NCBI GenBank assembly: GCA_951406725.2
Contig: OX597816.1
Span: 148,242,001 to 148,306,000, forward strand
Length of the DNA stretch: 64,000 bases
Origin: Octopus vulgaris
Lineage: Eukaryota
Direction of reading: 5' to 3'
A model generated the notes under the pieces. The model was not told the DNA's origin and did no database searches. It saw only the letters and a program-made list of their open reading frames with translations. Shown piece after piece: positions 1 through 14,414 of the stretch (within the stretch, counting starts at the first letter, position 1; the number at the start of each line of letters is the position of its first letter). Made by a program: the position numbers and the translations under genes.

Positions 1-36
1 CTTTTATGTAATCTTGTACAAACTGAAGTTTAGAAG

Positions 37-73
37 ATGTCTGAATCTCTACATGAAGTAGAGATTCAGACAT
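37..73. repeat. Perfect 16-bp inverted repeat (hairpin), 5-nt loop
   Basis: atgtctgaatctctac (37-52), loop atgaa, gtagagattcagacat (58-73). Confidence 0.9.
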
Positions 74-649
74 TGGGGTCATCGTAGTTGATCAGATATT
101 TAACAAAATGTTATATGTTATTTATAGTTTATCAGTTGTGCCCTATTAATGAGAGAGCAACATTAGAACGATAATCTACGCAGATCATCACCAGTGTTTA
201 CTGATATTATTGCAAGGCAACCAACATAGAATAAATATCTCCGAAACCCAAGTCCGACAGATTACAATACCTGTGCTATACAGTTAAGTTTATGGTAGCA
301 AGGAATTTTTATTTTTGATTGTACTGAGGTCTTTGGTAAATTTTCAATTCATCAGCCTTTTCTCGTATCTTAGAACCCCGTACTTTGTAAAGGTAAATTT
401 AATATTATTCCGTGTCTACGCATATATATATAATGTAGTACAGTGACTTCCTATATCATTTCCGATGTTCATCTGCTTTGACACTTTAGTGTATTTAACC
501 ATGTTGAGTTATATGATAATTCATGAATTTTGTAGGAGTGCAATTTCGCACAGAGTCGTTTAAATTAAAAATAATTTTGCGTTAAGTTCCTCGGGGAAAT
601 TCTTTTTCATACTTTTCAAAAGATTGGAAAACAAAAATAGTTAGGTTTC

Positions 650-879
650 TTTTATCTTTTACTCGTTTCAGTCATTAGTCACCGGCCATGCTGGGGCAAC
701 GCTTTGAAGTGTTTTAGTCGATCAAGTTGACCAGAGGACTTATTCTTTCTAAGCTTAGAACGTATTCTCTCGGTTACTTTTGACGAACTGCTAAGTTACG
801 GAGACGTAAACACACCAGCACCAGTTGTAAAGAGGTAGGGGAATACAAACTCGAACGCACACACACATGTATGTGTATG

Positions 880-916
<37 letters not shown>

Positions 917-1085
917 ACAGACAACGCTCTTCTTTCAGTTTCCGTCTACCAAGTCCACTCACAAAAGTTTGATGGACCCAAGACTACACTAAAAGGCAAT
1001 TGCCCACAGTGCCACTCAGTGGGACTGAACCTGAAACCTTGTCGTTGGGAACCAAGCTTCTTACGACACAGCCACGCCTGTGCCT
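650..1085 (-). mobile_element. tRNA-derived SINE family A with internal (TA)n/(TG)n microsatellite
   Basis: Reverse strand: head ggcgtggctgtg..aagaagct..ggttcagtcccact (A/B-box-like), body ggtagacggaaactgaaagaag, microsatellite, tail ..ccagcatggcc..; homologous to 22878-23340 and 32867-33300. Confidence 0.8.
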
Positions 1086-1713
1086 ATTTCCTGAAATTCA
1101 ACTCCCTCACTAATCTCAGTAACATACAATTCCTGTAACAACCATGTTGAAAAACATAAAAAAGTAAATTCAGTTGACATGAACACCTGTTCCATTATAG
1201 ATTTGAAATTCAACGAGTCTGTTCACTTTATAAAGCATGTTGAATATCTCTGAGATATCGAAGAATTTTAAAATATTAAAGTCTGTGTTTCACTTAAATT
1301 GGTATTACGATTACCGTCATCATCAGTAGAAGAGGTTTTCCACTCTATAAAAGTTTAAAACTAATTTTCAGGTTTGTTGTCTGTATAATTCTTGTAAGAC
1401 TTCAGAAATATGGCAAGAATGCAAATGGACTTTAGACTGTTAATGGAAGATGCAATAAAATTATTATATGAAATTAGTCAAAACATAATACTCCGAGGTT
1501 CAAATAAGATTCAGTGAACGTTTGTAAAGAAATGGATCAAATCTGTAATACCAGTGGGTTTTAAACTGTTGCACATATTACCACATAACCTTAACATCTC
1601 CATGTGCTTTAATATATTAAAATATTTAAGTCTAATTTTTAGGATTTGCATATTCCTTCATTTGTCTTATGGCACTGGGTCCTTCCACTTTTTCTCCTCT
1701 CCTCTCTTTCTCT

Positions 1714-1866
<153 letters not shown>

Positions 1867-3689
1867 ATTGGTCCCTCTTCACATATGATTGCTACTTGTC
1901 AGTAGCATCTCTGACTTTCCATGATCTCTCAGAGGACTACTTCGTCCCGTTGCTGTATTGTATGGTTTGAAGTATGTGACAGACGAAAAATCTACTATGC
2001 ACTTCCAACTGGTCTTCTGAGTTTGCCACTCTGCTATTGCCATAGGACTTTCTGGAGATGAATGACAAATGAGGTCACCATAAAAAGACATTTGTATGTC
2101 ACTGGATTATGGAACATGAGTACCAATCCTGTCCTCAAATTGAGACCAGGTTCCTCCGAGTCTCCGTGATTAAAACCTTGTTGAGCCAAAACGAGATGAC
2201 CAGTAATCACGTGCAACCGCAAATATTTGATACAGGAGATATGTATGATAAGCCTTGGTGAGGCCAGAAATTACATTGGCAGTGGTTATCAGAATAGGTT
2301 TTTGTACTAGGCATTATTTGCATTAATTTCCCAACTCCATCGATAGCCAATTACCTAAACACACACATTTACTTTCACAAAGTGGTGGCATGGTGGTTTG
2401 TATGGCCACGGAAGAAATGGGTTAGTACTGGTAAAACTTCCAATAATACAAACGATATCTCCGTACACACATACAAATGCATGTGTGTGTCATAATACAC
2501 ACACACACACACACACATACACACACACATACATACATTCATACATACACACATACATACATCTATTGAATTGAATTGAACTATATATACACGTTCATAC
2601 CAAGACATGAATTCTCACGACTTTGTGACTAGCACCGGAGAGAGGTGGATGACTCTAAAAGTTCTATTACCTACGTGGGCCTGGGCCTTCGTAAAAAATG
2701 AATTACTTCACTATACTTTTTAAATGTATTGAGTTCTTTATTCCATAAGATTTTTTTCTTAATCTTTGGTTAAAGCGTCTCATACACACAGAAATTTATT
2801 TACTCCAGTTAACACTGCAGGGCAAAGCATTTCAATGATATCAATTTTGGCAGGAAGAAATATTTTCCATTAAAATTTTATTTACTTTTTAAGATCGGTT
2901 CTGTGTTATTCATAGTGAAAATTATTTTTTGACTATAGGCTCTCGTGAGTGGTTGTTAATATTTAATACAGTCTCCTGCAGAATCCTAACCAGGATTAAT
3001 ATCTTTTTTCATTATTTTTTTGAAACAAAATCATTAACAAAGATAATTTATTAATGCATCTCTTTGGATTGGATGGACATGTTTCCAGTTAGTTATATTG
3101 GTTTTTTTTTACAAAAAATATATCAAAATATAAATTTTGGCAGTAAAAATAGTTTAGAATATGGAAACTGGTGGAAAACACATCGTAATTCGTAATCCGG
3201 ATTTCCTGTTGTTTAATATCAGCAGCAAAAAATAATTTGTGCAATTTATCTGCTGTAAATTCTTAGTATCAATCATTTTATGAGAAAGGAAAGCATGTCT
3301 GTGTTTTGTGGATTTTTTTTTTCATATTAAATACGCTCCCAATCCGTCAAAATGATTGTGAATGTATGAAGGCTTGAACAAAACTATAATTAATTGCTTT
3401 AGATTTTGCTTCCCCCCCAAAAAAACTCTATAAAACAGGATACTTCACTCTAAAGAGAGTAAAAAATGTTAGAAATATTTCTGCGAGACGTATCTTGCAA
3501 AAGTGGTGTTAAAAAACGCTGAGACTTTCACACGTAGAAAGACACTTCGCACCTCTAATACACCTGAGCAACACAAACAGTTACAAATTGAAATCAAAAT
3601 ATTTGTATGCTCAACAACAAAGTCATGCGCTGAGGTGCATCACATACAACACACTCACACGCGCGCGCATATACATACATACATATACA

Positions 3690-3917
3690 TAACGGGAAGC
3701 TATATGAAAATAAACAAAAGGCGAAGGCAGGTGGAAAACAAACGAACAATTGTATTAGTATGGCGCTCAGGAAATATAAATAAAACAAGTCTTTAACGTT
3801 TCGAGCCTACGCTCTTCAACAGAAAGATACACAGAGAGAGAAAAACACAGAAAGAAGGAGAGAAAAAAAGGAGAGAAAAAAATGCGTGCAGTAGCTAACG
3901 AATCAACATGGCGATCA
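3690..3917 (-). mobile_element. Short non-coding repeat carrying a hammerhead-like motif (probably derived from a Penelope pseudo-LTR)
   Basis: Homologous over about 200 bp to 62090-62280 on the opposite strand; flanked by (TA)/(TACA) tracts. Confidence 0.65.
3790..3827 (-). ncRNA. Minimal hammerhead ribozyme-like motif (variant core CUGUUGA)
   Basis: UCUUU-CUGUUGA-A-GAGC(GUAG)GCUC-GAAAC-GUU-AAAGA: 5-bp stem I, 4-bp stem II, loopless palindromic stem III (AACGUU). Confidence 0.6.
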
Positions 3918-3931
3918 TATATGTATATGTA

Positions 3932-3969
<38 letters not shown>

Positions 3970-4656
3970 GCATATATACTATACACACACACGCAAACAC
4001 ACTCACAATTACAGAGAAACAATCACAGAGACGGATTTTTCCCTTTTGTCTACTTTCATCGAATCAAAGAAAAAAAAAAGCAAAGCAAACTCAAAGCATA
4101 AATATAGGTGATCAATCTTAAGCGTGGAAGCATTCGCATATATAAATATACATCCACCGATATATTAATATTCAATCAGCCATTATTTATTCTTTACGAG
4201 TTGTATTCCAAGAATAGAGACATAACATTATGAAGTTAGATTTTTGGCATTGATCATAGATAATTGTCATTTCTAGAAACCTCTCATATTTCAGATTATT
4301 CTTGTCTACATTGAATTAGTGTTTGTAACTGAAATTATCCATATGAATTTTTTCAGCAAAAGTGATATGAATTTTAAAAGACCATTAACTAAGTAAGCGT
4401 AAAGCAAAATGAATTGCGATTGTTTTTTTGCTTATCTCTAGTTTCATTATTTTTCTTTGTTATATGAAACTAAACTCTTCAACGACGACATTTCGTTATA
4501 TCGTTTGTATTAAGCCCACGATTTACGAAGCTGTCGTAGAGGGCCGGTTGTGACAAATCGAAAAACAGTCTTCTCTATCTGTCGCGCCTTGCTCCAGAGT
4601 TCGCATCTGGTAAAAGAATTTGCCTGTGCATTTGTTTTCCATGCTGCCTGTCCATC

Positions 4657-4693
<37 letters not shown>

Positions 4694-5559
4694 TCCCCTT
4701 CTTTCGTTTTCCTCGTTCTTTAAACAATGGTTCTGAAATTCTATTAGATCTTGTTTTATAACAATACCGTTCTCGTTTTCTTTATTTCACCAATATGAGA
4801 TCTTCGTAGAGTCAATGCAATGAAGGGTGGTTTTGCGAACTCACTCGTTGGTTAAATATCCCAAGTACAAAATGCCTTAGATGTTGCGGGAGTATTTTGC
4901 TTCCACTTCCCGTATTTACCCCTAAATCTATTTTGGATATATTGACCGGTTTAGTCATTGGCGATGTAACCATGTAGAAATATAACATACTATACCAGTA
5001 GCACTTGCAAGCGTTCTAACATGTTTTGTATTTTAGCCAGGAGAAAGAGGCATTTGCTGAAGGGAGGTAGGAAACTTTGAGACTAGGTTCAAATGCCTGC
5101 AAACCAGTGGACTCCGTAAACATTTCTCAAATACTAGCTAGTGATGTTATAGCAGCCAAATGATAAGGTCAATAAACCCAAGTAGGCCAAACAGGCCACG
5201 GACGGTTTTGAACTCAGAATGCAAGGAGTCGGAATACTCTAAAGCTGTAATGTTTTTAGCCAGTTCGCCACCACACAACACAAATACACACACATACACA
5301 CACGCAGACAAAGAGACAGACAGACGTATTTCTATGTATGTATCTATAAGTAACAAAGAAAATTATATATATTCAAAAGTGTGACTCGAGATAATTATGA
5401 TCCGAATTATGAGTTTATAACAAAACTATTGAGTCATCTAAACTATGTTTATCAAACACAAATGCATATATATTAACAAGAACATAGTGTAAAGAGATAA
5501 AAAAGATGAAATTGTGTACTGGATTTTTCCAGCTTATTGCCACATTATTAATGTCGTTT

Positions 5560-5750
5560 GCCACCACGACAGTCACCATCAACCAAATGTATGATGAAAT
5601 GGCTACTCCGTCTTCTATTCCAGCATAATGTATTAAAGGCTATTTTGTCAAATATCTGCCTCCTTTTTTATGAAAGAGTGTAATTTAGAGGAGATGTTGA
5701 TGTTATTACTAGCAGTTTCAGTGACCGTGTAGAGGCTTTGTCATTGATTG
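5560..5750 (-). repeat. Dispersed repeat family D (unclassified, SINE-like)
   Basis: Shares a degenerate ctgctag(a)aat..ca..aaat block with about 7640-7860 (-), 30990-31100 (+) and 36290-36630 (+). Confidence 0.4.
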
Positions 5751-6429
5751 CTGCGTTCCTTGTTTGGCCAACATGCATATTTTGCATATCAAGTTAACTT
5801 CCTTGTTGATTCGACTAATTACTGTTCGTATATAACTCTACAGTATTTTTGCTTTAATCTTGTCACCAGACCAAATATATTATACTCTAAGAGCATCAGG
5901 AATTTATATGGCTCTTAGTACTTTACTAGCGTAATATACAGATATAACTGTTTCTGATGCTAGAGAAATTCGAGCAAAAAATGTAAAGGTACCAAGCTAC
6001 AACTTAATGTGTTCTCCGCAGTGTCAGAGTTATCAATGTTATTTGTATATTATAAACATCTGAAAGTTAGTTTCTGCTTGTAATAAGTCCGTAGTGAACT
6101 TTACAGTCATGTCAGGATAATAAATTAATAAATCAAAAGAATAGTCAATAAAATTGATTCCAAAATTTCATTAACAAATTTTTCAACCATTGAGGAATGA
6201 AATATAAATTCAACTCCAGATGCATTTGAACTAATAATGATTTTCTAACGTGAGAAGGATAGCAAAAGTTTGTATCGATTTGACTAATAATTACTCTGAA
6301 GGATGACTAATAATTACTCCCCAGGAGTAATTATCTGGTGTCGTTTTTAATTACCGATGATGTTAGCTCCGCCGCTCTACAGATCATGTAATGCACTTAC
6401 CTAAAGTTGAGTATTTCATATATTGTACA

Positions 6430-6848
6430 CGATGGGCTCATTTTAGTTTCCTTCTACTAAATCCACTCACGAGGCTTTGGTCGACCCGGGGGCATAGCAG
6501 AAGGCATTTGCCGAAGGTTCCACGCAGTGGGACTGAACCCAGGCCCATGCGAAGCGAGCTTCATACTACATAACCACGCCTAAGTAGGTTCCTTGCTAGT
6601 TCAATCATTTCACTGTCAGATTTCTTTGTGTGTATACATATATATATATATATATATATACTACTTATATGCATACATACTGTATGTACACACATGACTA
6701 TCTTCTTTCAATTTCCGTCAACCAAATCCAGTCGCAAAGCTTTGGTCGGCCCGAGACTATATTAAACACTTGCCCAAGGTGCCTCGGAGTGAGACTAAAC
6801 CCAGGACTATGTGGCTGTGAAGCAAGCTTCTTACCACACAGCCACGCG
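6430..6848 (-). mobile_element. Two tandem 5' halves of SINE family A
   Basis: About 6430-6580 and 6695-6848 both match the SINE A head and body; each is followed by the same 42-bp flank. Confidence 0.7.
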
Positions 6849-8410
6849 TAAGTTGGTTCCTTGCTATTTCTATCATTTCACTGTCAGATTCCATAGTAAT
6901 AATAGTAACGTTTACATCGTTCGTAGTATTTAAAGAGTAACCGAATACCTCTAAGTTTGCTTCTCTCTATATTCTATTGATTCAGAGTAAAACTTTTTTT
7001 CATATTATTATTAAATTAATCAAGAAAGTCGGCGAATGACGAATGACCTTTGGCTGCACCCCCAGATGGCAATATTAATGCAGAGAGTGTTCAAGCATGT
7101 GACGATCTACAGGAAAATAATTGGTGAGGAGGAAAGCGGATATCCATTTTGAATGTGTGGACCAACTGCTGGAATTCCCAAGGATCTGCTGGTGGACTAA
7201 CATAATCAAGGTATTACACCATTCACACTGTTCTCAAAGTATTGAGAATGTGATTGAATAAAATTTAAATCGAGTTGTTGTCTCACTCCAAATCACATTT
7301 GTTCTTGTTTTGGGCGGGTGGGGGTTATGGTATAAATGTCTTACGATGTCATAGAAATTATGGGGCAGAAATGAGTGATTATTTATACTCTGCTGCTTAA
7401 TCTGTCTTTATTTCATTGACCTCAACAGGATTAAAAGTCAGTAAGAAAAAGACAATAACTAAATGCACAATCCATTTCGTCGGACGCTTCACAGATCTCT
7501 AAATACACTGTTTTCTTTTGATGATATCAATTATTTTCCGATTAGGCACAATGGCAACTGTCAGTGATCAACTTGAAAGTAATAGACGTTAGACGTCTTA
7601 GTCGACTCACAAATACTGTAGTTGTAGTTGTTATTTAACAGCAAATCAGATGTGATCGAGAAGACAGAAATCAAAAACATTCATGCTGTGATCATATATC
7701 TTGCTGATACTTTCTAACATGCTGATCTCGGACTATATCATACCCCATCAATTCAATCTATTTATTTATACTATAGAGAAGAATTTGATTCAACAGCGAC
7801 CTGGTTGTTATTTCTAGCGGACTGGATGACAACATCACAAGCACCCTCGTCAGCTTGACACATAAATATACTAGCATAAAGTATGGTAGCATTTGATCTA
7901 TGTACGTAGAACAGCTATAACTGAAACACATAATATAGCATTAATCCACTCCATACACCGCTTCTGCCAACTCATCGTCCCCACCATTTATTTCTTTACT
8001 ACAATATTACGTTTCATAATTATTATATTATATTATTCTATAGATTCTTTCACCTAGCCGCGGAACCAAACGCCGGATTCAATTTAGAAGAATAAATGTG
8101 GACAATCACACACAGGTATACACACAAGGGTGGATGTAAGAGTGCGTGTGCTTTTCTTTGTGAGTGTGAGTTGTGTGTATGTGAGATTGTGAGCGTGTGT
8201 GTTGTGGGTGTTGGTATCGTGTGTGTGTGTAGGTCTGTGATTAAACAAATTCATGTCTCTGCCTCAATGGTTCGTGAGGACAAATATAACGGGTTTACAT
8301 TAAAAATTTCAATGTGGCAGTTCTTTGAAAGATTCCGAGCAGTTGTGTTTATCTTTGCCATTAAGATATGCTATTGAAACGTAAGGAAAATGGAACACAT
8401 TTAATAACCG

Positions 8411-8413
8411 ATA

Positions 8414-8449
<36 letters not shown>

Positions 8450-8705
8450 TGTATGTATGTATGTATGTATGTATGTATGTATGTATGTATGTATGTATGT
8501 ATGTATGTATGTATGTATGTATGTATGAATGTATGTATGTATGCATGTATGTATGCATGTATGTATATATGTGTGTATGTATGTATATATAATATATATA
8601 TATATAATATATATATATATATATACTATATATAATGGCAATTATATATTTCAAACGTGTATATGTATATATATATATATATATATAATATATATACATA
8701 TATGT

Positions 8706-8751
<46 letters not shown>

Positions 8752-8785
8752 ATATATATGCATATATGTGTGTGTGTTTGTGTGT

Positions 8786-8833
<48 letters not shown>

Positions 8834-8847
8834 TGTGTGTGTGTAAG

Positions 8848-8878
<31 letters not shown>

Positions 8879-8899
8879 GAGCAAAAATATTTGAATGGT

Positions 8900-8957
<58 letters not shown>

Positions 8958-9268
8958 ATAGCAGAAAACAGACAATTCGAATTTCATAATACAGTATACA
9001 TGCATATGTATGTTGCATATATATGTTATTATACATGGTTTGTGAATGTATTTCTCATAGTATATGTGTATGTGTGTATGCTCTGAATGCGTCTGAATAT
9101 TGTTTGATAACCTTTCTTAATGCGTAGGCATATGTGTGCAATGTCATATGCAAATACGTAAATAATGAATAAGTTAATATCTATAAATATATTGATACAG
9201 GTATGGGCCTGGATATATATATATTTCATATATATATGTATATATATATATATATATATGCTTATTTA

Positions 9269-9310
<42 letters not shown>

Positions 9311-9411
9311 TCTCTCTCTCTCCCCACACACACATATATGTATATCATATATATATCATACATATATCATATTTATCAAGAGATATATAAATATGGGTGT
9401 GTTTGAGTGTG

Positions 9412-9446
<35 letters not shown>

Positions 9447-9700
9447 GCATATATATACACATAATACATATATGTAATTGTAATAATGAAGTCAAAGCAC
9501 ACATAAAGAGAAAGACGTGTATATCTATATATGTAGATATACATATATACATATGTGCGTGTGTCTGTATGGCATATATACATGTATTTCATATAATTAT
9601 TGTCTGTACGCAAATCACTCACCCCTTCCTACCCCTGTCTGTTTGTCACTCAATCTCTCTCTGTTTTCCTTCTTTCTCTCTGTCTCTTCCTCTTTGTTTG

Positions 9701-9736
<36 letters not shown>

Positions 9737-9935
9737 TGTATGTATGTATGTATGTATGTATGTATGTATGTATATACACACATAGCCCCCCTCCACACGC
9801 ACACACATATGGCTATTTCATATAATTAATGTGTGCATTGTAAATATGTCTCTCTGTATATTCATATATATATACATATATATACATATGCGCAAACACA
9901 CACACAAACACATATATATATATATATATATATAC

Positions 9936-9998
<63 letters not shown>

Positions 9999-10004
9999 AA
10001 TATT

Positions 10005-10071
<67 letters not shown>

Positions 10072-10130
10072 TTGTATATATATGCATATGTATACTTATA
10101 TATATGGTATACACACATGTATATATCTAA
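8411..10130. repeat. Large compound microsatellite field (TATG)n,(TA)n,(TG)n,(TC)n
   Basis: Direct reading. Confidence 0.95.
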
Positions 10131-10254
10131 AAATGTATGTATGCAAGTATGTGTACGCGTATTTTCATCTATACATGTTTGCATATTGTATGTGAATCTG
10201 TTTCTGTGTACATGCGCAATCTCTCTATGTACATTCTGCTTGTATGCGAAGGCG

Positions 10255-10603
10255 TGCTGTTGTTGTTGTTGTTGTTGTTGTACATGTTGTTGGACTTTGA
10301 CGATGTCGTCGTCCTCATCGTCGTCGTCGTCGTCGTCGAAGAAGAAGCCGTTTGAGTATTTACTTTTCGAAAAGAAAGACATCATTATAAAGATGACAAG
10401 CTTATTGGAATAAATCCAATATTTCTTGGGTCCTTTTAATGATTTAGAAAGAAAACCATAACAAAATTATATGACATACAAATAAATAAGAACCACCAAT
10501 AATAAACAACAAAGAATCCTCATCCGAAAAGGAATTGGAAGATATTTTTTCGTTTATGTTATTATTTTTGTTAAATTTTCTTATTCCAAAAGTAGTAGTA
10601 GTT

Positions 10604-10656
<53 letters not shown>

Positions 10657-11103
10657 TGATCTTGTTGTTGTTGTTGTTGTAGTAGTAGTAGTAGTCCTTG
10701 GTGCAGTTGGTAGCAATTGTGGTTGATGTTGTAGTGGTGGTGGTTGTGATGGTTTGGGTTGTGGTTGTGGTGGCGCTGTTGGTGCTGGTGGTGCTGGTGG
10801 TGGAAATGAACCTGGTGAGAGTAGTACTAGTAATTTTATTAGTAGTAGTAGTAGTAGTAGTAGTTCGTGCTGTTGGTAGCAGTGGTGGTTGTTGTTGTTG
10901 TTGTGGAGTGGTGGTGATGGGATAATAGTATTTGATGTGATGATGTTGTTGTTTGTAGTGGTGATGTTGATGCCGGTGTTAGTAGTAGTAGTAGTCGTCG
11001 TCGTCGTCGTCGTCGTAGTAGTAGTAGTAGTAGCAGCAGCAGTATTAGTAATAGAACTAGTAGCAGTAGTAGTTGCAGCTGTAGCAGTAGTAGTAGTAGT
11101 AGT

Positions 11104-11174
<71 letters not shown>

Positions 11175-11226
11175 CAGCAGCAGTATTAGTAATAGAACTA
11201 GTAGCAGTAGTAGTTGCAGATGTAGC

Positions 11227-11280
<54 letters not shown>

Positions 11281-11296
11281 TGTTGTTGTTGTTGTA
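10255..11296. repeat. Trinucleotide repeat field (GTT)n,(GTC)n,(GTA)n,(GCA)n
   Basis: Direct reading; includes a duplicated cassette gcagcagtattagtaatagaactagtagcagtagtagttgcag at about 11035 and 11175. Confidence 0.9.
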
Positions 11297-11674
11297 GACG
11301 TTTTCAATAAATTGGCCAATCTTTTCAATATTTTATATTTTGGAGTTTTTTGTATTTGTTTTTGCTTTTTTGTGTGTGTAGCTTTTTTTTTTTCCTTTTC
11401 CAATTTTCCCTTAATCGAACGCCGCCCAAATTATCTTCATCAAAATTATCAGTATAACCATAATCGTCATAGCGACCACCATTACTATCGCATTGGTCTT
11501 CATTATTCATTGCAATACAATTATAGCAATAATTATGATTAGTTTCTAATTATTACATTTCTTGTCTTATTTTTATTGTTTGTTTTAGTGACTTGCTTAT
11601 CCATATTGCTATCGTCATCATTTTCAACGTCATCCTCCACATCATCACCATCATCGTCATCATCATAATAATAA

Positions 11675-11889
11675 TCCTTTCTACTATGGGCAGAATGCCT
11701 GGATTTTTGTAGGGAGGGGGGACAATCGATCACATCGATCTCACTGCTTCACTGGTACTTAATTTGTGAATCCCGAAAAGATGAAAGGCAAAATCGACCT
11801 TAGCGGAATTTGAACTCAGAACGTAGCGACAGACGAAATACTGCTAAGCATTTTGCCCGGCGTGCTAACGATTCTGGCATTTTGCCACC

Positions 11890-11890
<1 letters not shown>
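11675..11890 (-). mobile_element. tRNA-derived SINE family B
   Basis: Reverse strand has gaatcgttagcacgccgggc..gttctgagttcaaattccgc..ttgcctttcatc..aagtaccag, the same as 11972-12180. Confidence 0.85.
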
Positions 11891-11971
<81 letters not shown>

Positions 11972-11973
<2 letters not shown>

Positions 11974-12180
11974 CGAGCTGGCGGAAACGTTAGCACGCCG
12001 GGCAAGATACTTAGCGGTATTTCCTCTGCAGTTACGTTCTGAGTTCAAATTCCGCCAAGGTCGACTTTGCCTTTCATCCTTTCGGGGTCGATAAATTAAG
12101 TACCAGTTACGCACTGGGGTCGATGTAATCGACTTAATTCCTTTGTCTGCCCTTGTTGTGGGCAATAAAGAATAAAATAA
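11972..12180 (+). mobile_element. tRNA-derived SINE family B
   Basis: gagctggcggaaacgttagcacgccggg, B-box gagttcaaattcc, central gtcgactttgcctttcatcctttcggggtcgataaattaagtaccag. Confidence 0.9.
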
Positions 12181-12401
12181 AAATAATAATAACAATAATA
12201 ATAATGATTTCATCATTTTTAGCAGTCATTGTTATTATTGTTGTTCTTATCATTATTGTTAATGTTATTATCCTTGTTGTTATTTTCACCAATGAGCAAT
12301 GTTTCAAGGGGTGTTATTGGCCAAGACATTGCCATCAGTTGCGTGAGCAGTAGTCACACACGTTCGAAGAATATTGTAACACAAGTAGTTGTAGTAGTAG
12401 C

Positions 12402-12459
<58 letters not shown>

Positions 12460-12679
12460 ATAATAAGTAGCTTGGTGTTGGCGGTGGTGTTGTGGTGACG
12501 AAGGCGAGTTGGTGGAATGGATCTTCAGACTAAACAAATATTCTAATTTCCAATCAGTCCAGAATCGAATTTGACTGACATTCGTCCAGACATTAATAAA
12601 TGCATGCGTCTGGGCGCGCATGTAGCTGTGTGTGTTAAGTATGCATTTACGTATATATGTGTGTGTGTGTGTGTGTTTG

Positions 12680-12728
<49 letters not shown>

Positions 12729-13128
12729 GTATATGTATAAATGTATGTATGTATGCACATACATATATGCATATAGACACACTCATATGTGTGTATGCGT
12801 ACCGTATTTAATAGACTTTTTACCCACTTTTAATCATCTCAATGAAAGAGATTAATACTGCTGCTATTGTCATTGTTTTTGTTATCGTCATAATTAATAC
12901 GCTGTTCATTATCTTGAATATAATTGCAATGATCGCCGCCATCATCATCAATATCGTCATCCCCCTTCTTCCCCTTCATTCTCATTATGATCTTCATGTA
13001 GGTTTTCATCATCATCAGAATCATGTATCCAACTAAGAAATCTATAATCTTTGTTGTTGTTGCTGTTGTGGTGATGGCTGTGGTCGTGGTGGTGGCGGTG
13101 GCAGCGGTGGCGGTGATGGTGGTACTGC

Positions 13129-13199
<71 letters not shown>

Positions 13200-13679
13200 A
13201 TGGTGGTGGTGCTGGTTGTGGTGTTAGTAGTAGTAGTAGTAGTAGAAGTAGCAGCAGTAGTAGCAGTGGTGTTGATGTGGGATAAAACTGAAGTGCTGCT
13301 TTTAAAGATTGAAACAGTCCATATGTTGGCAAATTCTGCATTAATTTTTATCTTTCGTAATAGCTTTTAATCGTATATTGTATAATCCTGTATTGTATAA
13401 AAGTGAATTATAAATATTTAAAGAGTTTATAAAAAACAGGAATAAAAGGACACCAACGAGGAATATCAGATGATAATCCTGATTGTGGAATAGATAATGT
13501 CCTAATAGAAGTAACTCTGAAACGGTGTACTATATGACAGCAACGTGCATCAAGGTGGTGCACCATGGAAGTTTCAAAATGTAATTTAAGATGCTAAGAA
13601 ATCCTCACAAACGCTGAAGCGTTTTGAAAAACGTGTTTAGTTTTCTTGTACAAAAGTATGATCAATATAATAAGGTAAG

Positions 13680-13880
13680 GAGATGAGCTGGCAGAATCGT
13701 TACCACACCGGGCGAAATACTTAGCCCACCTTTACGATCTAAGTTCAGATCACACCGAAGTCGACTTTGACTTTCATTTTTTCGGGGTCGATAAAATAAG
13801 TACCAGTTGAGCACTATAGTCCATGTAAATGATATGCCCCAACCCTGAAATTGCTGGTAATGTGCTAAAATTTGAAACCA
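13680..13880 (+). mobile_element. SINE family B copy
   Basis: gagctggcagaatcgtt..gtcgactttgactttcattttttcggggtcgataaaataagtaccag. Confidence 0.85.
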
Positions 13881-14414
13881 AGATAAGATGAGACATAGAT
13901 TATTCTAAGTTTTTTTTTTTTGTTTTGTTTTTTTGTGTGTATGTTTGTGTGTATGTTTGTGTGTATGTTGTGCCAGTCCAAAATATCAAATTTAACTTCG
14001 AGAAATATCAATACAATATGGTTATGATTTATGTACTTAATTTTTCACATGCGCATATACATGACAGTATATTTAAGAAATTCCTTTTTCTACCCATGCA
14101 TCTATGTTCGGCCCCACTGAACTGCCACATCTATACTTAAATTGACCGGTACTTTGTGTGTGAAATTTGTTAACCTGAAACTGCGAGTGACCGTTGAGTT
14201 TTTTCTTAACACTTTCCCAGTCCCTCTAGTCATCATACTCTCTCGACCCTCTTGCCGTCGGAAAAGCAGCCTGAAAGCGAATGAAAATTTGAAACTATAT
14301 ATATATATACCATTCCTTTGCAATTTTGTTATAAAATAAATTAATAGCTACTGAGGGAGAAAGAACACTCTCGCCAAACAAGCTGATATAACTAAAATTT
14401 CTTGTCAGTACTTT

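Noticed and set aside
1880-2270. Possible RTE 3' fragment on the minus strand (..MSFYGDL..)
   Set aside because: Too degenerate to call without a profile search.
8309-10413. Numerous YIYI/HTHT/MYVC ORFs here and throughout the window
   Set aside because: Translations of di- and tetranucleotide microsatellites.
10444-11403. 319-aa Thr-rich, mucin-like ORF (and the 217-aa Val-rich ORF on the other strand)
   Set aside because: Open only because (GTA)n/(GCA)n/(GTT)n repeats lack stops in that frame; no signal peptide or domain.
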